From contig CAVQKV010000007.1 of NCBI GenBank assembly GCA_963713185.1, positions 83,440-147,439 on the forward strand: 64,000 nucleotides of DNA, given 5' to 3'. The notes under the pieces were generated by a model that saw only the letters and a list, made by a program, of their open reading frames with translations, made no database searches and was not told where the DNA came from. The position numbers and the translations under genes are program-made. Positions 60,444-64,000 of the stretch are shown here, piece by piece (the stretch's first letter is position 1; each line of letters opens with the position of its first letter). Origin of the DNA: an uncultured Actinomycetes bacterium. GTDB taxonomy: Bacteria; Actinomycetota; UBA4738; HRBIN12.

Positions 60444-60860
60444 ATGCTGAGAGCTTTGCTCAGACCTCGGCGCATCGTCCACGCGCACTGCGACCTGCCG
60501 TGCGGGATCTACGACCCGGCCCAGGCACGCGTGGAAGCCGAGTCCGTGAAGGCGATCCAGACGCGCTACCAGGACGCCGAGAAGTTCAAGACGGCCGGCG
60601 AGAGCGTCGAGGACTACCGGACCCGCGCGCTCGCGATCAAGGAGGCTCGCGCGGACCTGGTCAAGGAGCACCTGTGGGTGCTGTGGACCGACTACTTCAA
60701 GCCCGAACACGTCGAGAAGTACCCGCAGCTGCACGAGCTCTTCTGGAACGCGACCAAGGAAGCAGGACTCGCGAAGAAGGCGCAGGATCCGGCGCAGGGC
60801 CAGAAACTGCTCGACGCGATCGACGAGATCGGCAAGATCTTCTGGGAGACCAAGGCGTAG
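60444..60860 (+). CDS. sodN: nickel-containing superoxide dismutase precursor
   Basis: 14-aa leader MLRALLRPRRIVHA, then the Ni-hook HCDLPCGIYDPAQARVEAESVKAIQ.... Confidence 0.9.
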   Translation: MLRALLRPRRIVHAHCDLPCGIYDPAQARVEAESVKAIQTRYQDAEKFKTAGESVEDYRTRALAIKEARADLVKEHLWVLWTDYFKPEHVEKYPQLHELFWNATKEAGLAKKAQDPAQGQKLLDAIDEIGKIFWETKA

Positions 60861-60940
60861 CCGGCTCGATCCCGGTGTGACCCGAGGGCAGGGTGGCAGC
60901 CCGCGCTCCCCGCGCGTCGGCCGCTCCCTAGACTGAGCCG

Positions 60941-61918
60941 ATGAAGGACATCGGCCTGGTCGGCGTGCCGTTCAGCGGGAAGTCGACGCTGTTCACCGCC
61001 CTCACGCGGACCGGCGGCCACGGCGGTCAGGCGAACCACGCCGTCGTGCCGGTCCCCGACCCGCGCGTCGATGTGCTGACCGAGATGGAGCGCTCGCGCA
61101 AGACCGTGCACGCGCAGGTCGGGTTCGTCGACGTTCCCGGCGGGACGGCGTCGGCGCAAGGCATCGCCAAGCTGCGGGAAACCGACGCGCTCGCGATCGT
61201 CGTGCGTTGCTTCGGGCCTGATGCGAAGCCCGTATCCGAGCTCGCGGAGGTCCGCGCCGACCTGCTCCTCGCGGACCAGGCCGTGATCGAGCCGGCGCTC
61301 CACAAGGCCGAGAAGCGCTCACGAGGGGCACGAACGCCCGAGATCGACGCGCTCGCCGCCGCGCACGCCGCCCTCGAGGCGGAGACCCCACTCTCGGACG
61401 CCGGGCTGTCCGCCGAGCATCGGCGCGAGCTGAAGGCGATCGCGCCGCTCACGATCAAGCCCTGGGTGGTGGTCGCGAACCTCGAGGAGGGCACGGACGT
61501 CCCGGACGGTCTCCCCGACGACACCGTCGGCGTCTACGCCTCGATCGAGGCCGAGACCGCGGAGATGGACTCCGAAGAGGCTCGTGCCCTGCTCGACGAG
61601 TTCGGCGTGCACGAACCGGGTCTCGAGACCGTCATCCGCGCCGGCTACCGCGCGTTCGACCTGCTCACCTTCCTCACGACGGGAGAGGATGAGACGCGCG
61701 CATGGGAGGTCCGGAGCGGCGCGAAGGCTCCCGAGGCGGCCGGGGTGATCCACTCCGATCTCGAGCGGGGCTTCATCCGTGCCGAGGTGATCTCGTACGA
61801 GGAGCTGGTGGCGGCCGGTTCGATGGAGGCGGCCAAGCACCAGGGCAAGGTGCGGGTCGAAGGCAAGGACTACGAGGTCCGCGAGGGCGACATCCTCCAC
61901 GTCCGGTTCTCGGTCTGA
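60941..61918 (+). CDS. ychF: redox-regulated ATPase YchF (Obg-family)
   Basis: MKDIGLVGVPFSGKSTLFTALT..., TGS-domain C-terminus ...GKDYEVREGDILHVRFSV. Confidence 0.9.
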   Translation: MKDIGLVGVPFSGKSTLFTALTRTGGHGGQANHAVVPVPDPRVDVLTEMERSRKTVHAQVGFVDVPGGTASAQGIAKLRETDALAIVVRCFGPDAKPVSELAEVRADLLLADQAVIEPALHKAEKRSRGARTPEIDALAAAHAALEAETPLSDAGLSAEHRRELKAIAPLTIKPWVVVANLEEGTDVPDGLPDDTVGVYASIEAETAEMDSEEARALLDEFGVHEPGLETVIRAGYRAFDLLTFLTTGEDETRAWEVRSGAKAPEAAGVIHSDLERGFIRAEVISYEELVAAGSMEAAKHQGKVRVEGKDYEVREGDILHVRFSV

Positions 61919-61980
61919 AGGGTCAGAACACCAGCTTTCCCTGGTGTTGAGATGACCAGAACCTCCTATACTCCCCCACC

Positions 61981-62370
61981 ATGGCCGACGAGTACCGGAT
62001 CGGCGACGCCGCGGCGATGCTCGGCGTACGCGTCGAGACGCTCCGCCGATGGGGGCGCGAGGGCAAGCTCGCGATGTCTCGGACGGCGGGCGGCCAGCGC
62101 GTGGTCCCGGCCGCCGAGGTCGCCCGGCTCCTGCGCGAACGACGCGAACGCCCGACCGTCACCTCGGCGAGCGTCCGCAACCGCTTCCCGGGCGTCGTGA
62201 CCGAGGTGAAGCGCGACAAGCTCGCCGCGACCGTGGAGATCCTCGCGGGCCCGCACCGGATCCTCGCGTTCGTCACGCGGGAGGCGGTCGACGAGATGGG
62301 CCTCGAGCCCGGGATGCGCGCGGTCGCCACGGTCAAGGCGACCAACGTGATGCTCGAGGTGGACGAGTGA
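61981..62370 (+). CDS. MerR-type HTH + TOBE (molybdate-binding) domain regulator, ModE-like
   Basis: YRIGDAAAMLGVRVETLRRWGREGKL..., then ...RNRFPGVVTEVKRDKLAATVEI...VATVKATNVMLE. Confidence 0.75.
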   Translation: MADEYRIGDAAAMLGVRVETLRRWGREGKLAMSRTAGGQRVVPAAEVARLLRERRERPTVTSASVRNRFPGVVTEVKRDKLAATVEILAGPHRILAFVTREAVDEMGLEPGMRAVATVKATNVMLEVDE

Positions 62371-62375
62371 AGAGG

Positions 62376-63176
62376 ATGCTGATCCTCGCGGGCATGGCGG
62401 CGCTGCTCCTGGCCGCGTGCAGCGACTCGAACGACGACGGTGGGGCGACCGGAGCGACCGAGGCGAGTGGCGGGGGTGGTGGCGCCGAGGCGGAGCTCAT
62501 CGTGTCGGCTGCGTCTTCGCTCACCGAAGCCTTCGGCGAGATCGGGGACGCGTTCGAGGCGGCGAACCCGGGCACGACCGTGACCTTCAACTTCGGGCCG
62601 TCGGACGGGCTCGCGGGCCAGATCAACGAGGGCGCGCCGGTCGACGCCTTCGCCTCGGCGAGCCCCACCTGGATGGACTCGGTGCAGGACGACGGGCCGG
62701 GCGTGACGGGCCGAGCGGATTTCGCGCAGAACCGTCTGGCGATCATCGTGCCGGCCGACAACCCGGCCGGGATCGAGAACCTCGACGACCTGACCGAGGA
62801 TGGCGTGCAGCTGGTCCTCGCCGCCGAGGGCGTTCCGGCGGGGGACTACGCGCGCGAGATCTTCCAGAACGCGGGGATCTCCAAGGCGGCGCTCGCGAAC
62901 GTGGTCTCCAACGAGGAGGACGTGAAGGCCGTGATCACGAAGGTGATGTCGAGCGAGGCGGACGCCGGCATCGGCTACGTCACCGATGTCACGCCCGACG
63001 TCGCGGACCAGATCACGCTCATCCCGATCCCCGATGAGGTGAACGTCGTCGCGACCTACCCGATCGCGGTCGTGAACGGAAGTCAGGAGACTAATCTCGC
63101 GCAGGGCTTCGTCGACTACGTCCTTGGCGACGGACAGCAGACGCTCGCCGAGTACGGCTTCCTCCCCCCTCCGTAG
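62376..63176 (+). CDS. modA: molybdate ABC transporter substrate-binding lipoprotein
   Basis: MLILAGMAALLLAACS..., ...LIVSAASSLTEAFGEIGDAFEAANPGTTVTFNFGPSDGLAGQI.... Confidence 0.85.
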   Translation: MLILAGMAALLLAACSDSNDDGGATGATEASGGGGGAEAELIVSAASSLTEAFGEIGDAFEAANPGTTVTFNFGPSDGLAGQINEGAPVDAFASASPTWMDSVQDDGPGVTGRADFAQNRLAIIVPADNPAGIENLDDLTEDGVQLVLAAEGVPAGDYAREIFQNAGISKAALANVVSNEEDVKAVITKVMSSEADAGIGYVTDVTPDVADQITLIPIPDEVNVVATYPIAVVNGSQETNLAQGFVDYVLGDGQQTLAEYGFLPPP

Positions 63177-63951
63177 GGGACGGACCCCGGCCGGCTTCGT
63201 CGTCCTCGCGGCGCTCGGCGTCGCGCTCGTCGCGCTGCCCGTGCTGGGTCTGGTGCTGCGGACGCCCTGGTCCCGCATCGCCGAGATCCTGACGAGCGAG
63301 ACGGCCCTCACGGCCCTGCGGCTGTCGCTGATCGTCGCCACCACCGCGGCGGCGATCTCGTTCGTCCTCGGGTTCCCGCTCGCCTGGGTCCTCGTGCGCG
63401 GCACCTTCCCGGGCAAGACCCTCGTCAGAGCGATCGTCGTCCTCCCTCTGGTCATGCCGCCGGTGGTCGCCGGCGTCGGCCTGCTCGCGGCGTTCGGTCG
63501 GCGCAGCGGGCTGATCGGATCGTGGCTGTACGAGTGGTTCGGGATCCAGCTCACGTTCACCACGGCCGCGGCGGTGCTCGCGGCGACGTTCGTGTCCTTC
63601 CCGCTGGCGGTGCTCGCGCTCGAAGCCGGTCTCCGCGGACTGGACGAGCGGCTCGAGGACGCGGCCTCGACCCTGGGCGCCTCTCGCTGGTACGTGCTGC
63701 GACGGATCACGTTGCCGCTCATGGGCCCGCAGATCGCCGCGGCGCTCGTGTTGTCGTGGGCGCGAGCGCTCGGCGAGTTCGGCGCGACGATCACGTTCGC
63801 CGGCAACCTGCAGGGTCGAACCCAGACGCTCCCGCTCGCCGTCTTCGAGCAGCTCCAGACCGATCCGGAGGCCGCGTTCGCCGTCTCGATGCTCCTGATC
63901 CTCCTCGCGTTCGCGGTCATCCTCGCGCTCCGGGGGCGGTTCCTGAGATGA
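63124..63951 (+). CDS. modB: molybdate ABC transporter permease
   Basis: ...RTPWSRIAEILTSETALTALRLSLIVATTAAAI.... ABC transmembrane type-1 domain. The start is uncertain (a TTG at 63124 overlaps modA). Confidence 0.75.
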   Translation: MATDSRRSPSTASSPLRRGRTPAGFVVLAALGVALVALPVLGLVLRTPWSRIAEILTSETALTALRLSLIVATTAAAISFVLGFPLAWVLVRGTFPGKTLVRAIVVLPLVMPPVVAGVGLLAAFGRRSGLIGSWLYEWFGIQLTFTTAAAVLAATFVSFPLAVLALEAGLRGLDERLEDAASTLGASRWYVLRRITLPLMGPQIAAALVLSWARALGEFGATITFAGNLQGRTQTLPLAVFEQLQTDPEAAFAVSMLLILLAFAVILALRGRFLR

Positions 63952-64000
63952 CCCTCGCCGTCGACGTCGCCGCCAGACGCGGCGCGTTCGAGGTCCGAGC
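63948..64000 (+). CDS. modC: molybdate ABC transporter ATP-binding protein, 5' end only
   Basis: MTLAVDVAARRGAFEVR.... The ATG overlaps the modB stop codon (ATGA). Confidence 0.5.
   Translation, partial: MTLAVDVAARRGAFEVR

Noticed and set aside
61923-63920. 665-aa minus-strand ORF
   Set aside because: Antisense to the modE-like, modA and modB genes, whose products have clear signatures.

Overview
This is a high-GC (~70%) actinobacterial chromosomal segment. It is gene-dense and mostly carries housekeeping, regulatory and transport genes. The genes I can support by strand and content are listed here. (1) The 3' end of an SigJ-like ECF sigma factor and a STAS-domain protein. (2) A DHFR-family protein and a flavodoxin. 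(3) A typA/bipA gene broken by many frameshifts. (4) An M1 aminopeptidase. (5) A YafY/WYL-type regulator divergent from a hypothetical gene plus two tandem AlkZ/YcaQ-like winged-helix paralogs. (6) A PCYCGC-motif protein cluster. (7) Secreted beta-propeller and Kelch-repeat proteins. (8) Two BBE-like FAD oxidases. (9) A SARP/BTAD regulator with a GNAT. (10) A NarL-type two-component system. (11) An Xre(DUF2384)-RES toxin-antitoxin pair. (12) A cupredoxin, PQQ-dependent sugar dehydrogenase and VOC operon. (13) An MBL-fold hydrolase. (14) A cAMP-signalling island: three class III nucleotidyl cyclases and a large TLC/MFS-HEAT-cNMP-binding membrane protein. (15) An intact group II intron (reverse-transcriptase/maturase ORF, recognisable domain V, GUGCG 5' end) sitting in the divergent promoter region between two of those cAMP genes. 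(16) A cold-shock protein. (17) A thioredoxin-like protein. (18) An AmmeMemoRadiSam radical-SAM plus MEMO1-like pair with no AMMECR1 partner in the window. (19) A cytochrome P450 and a PAC2-family protein. (20) A padR-ino1 operon with AT-rich operator-like repeats. (21) RidA, a HIBADH-like dehydrogenase, several MFS transporters, an M15 peptidase, a MarR-MFS pair, a tusA-dsrE pair, divergent nickel superoxide dismutase genes sodN and sodX, ychF, and a TOBE regulator with modABC. At least six otherwise well-conserved genes need frameshifts to be read through; typA alone needs about nine, so consensus indel errors or recent gene decay must be considered. I found no rRNA, tRNA or CRISPR.
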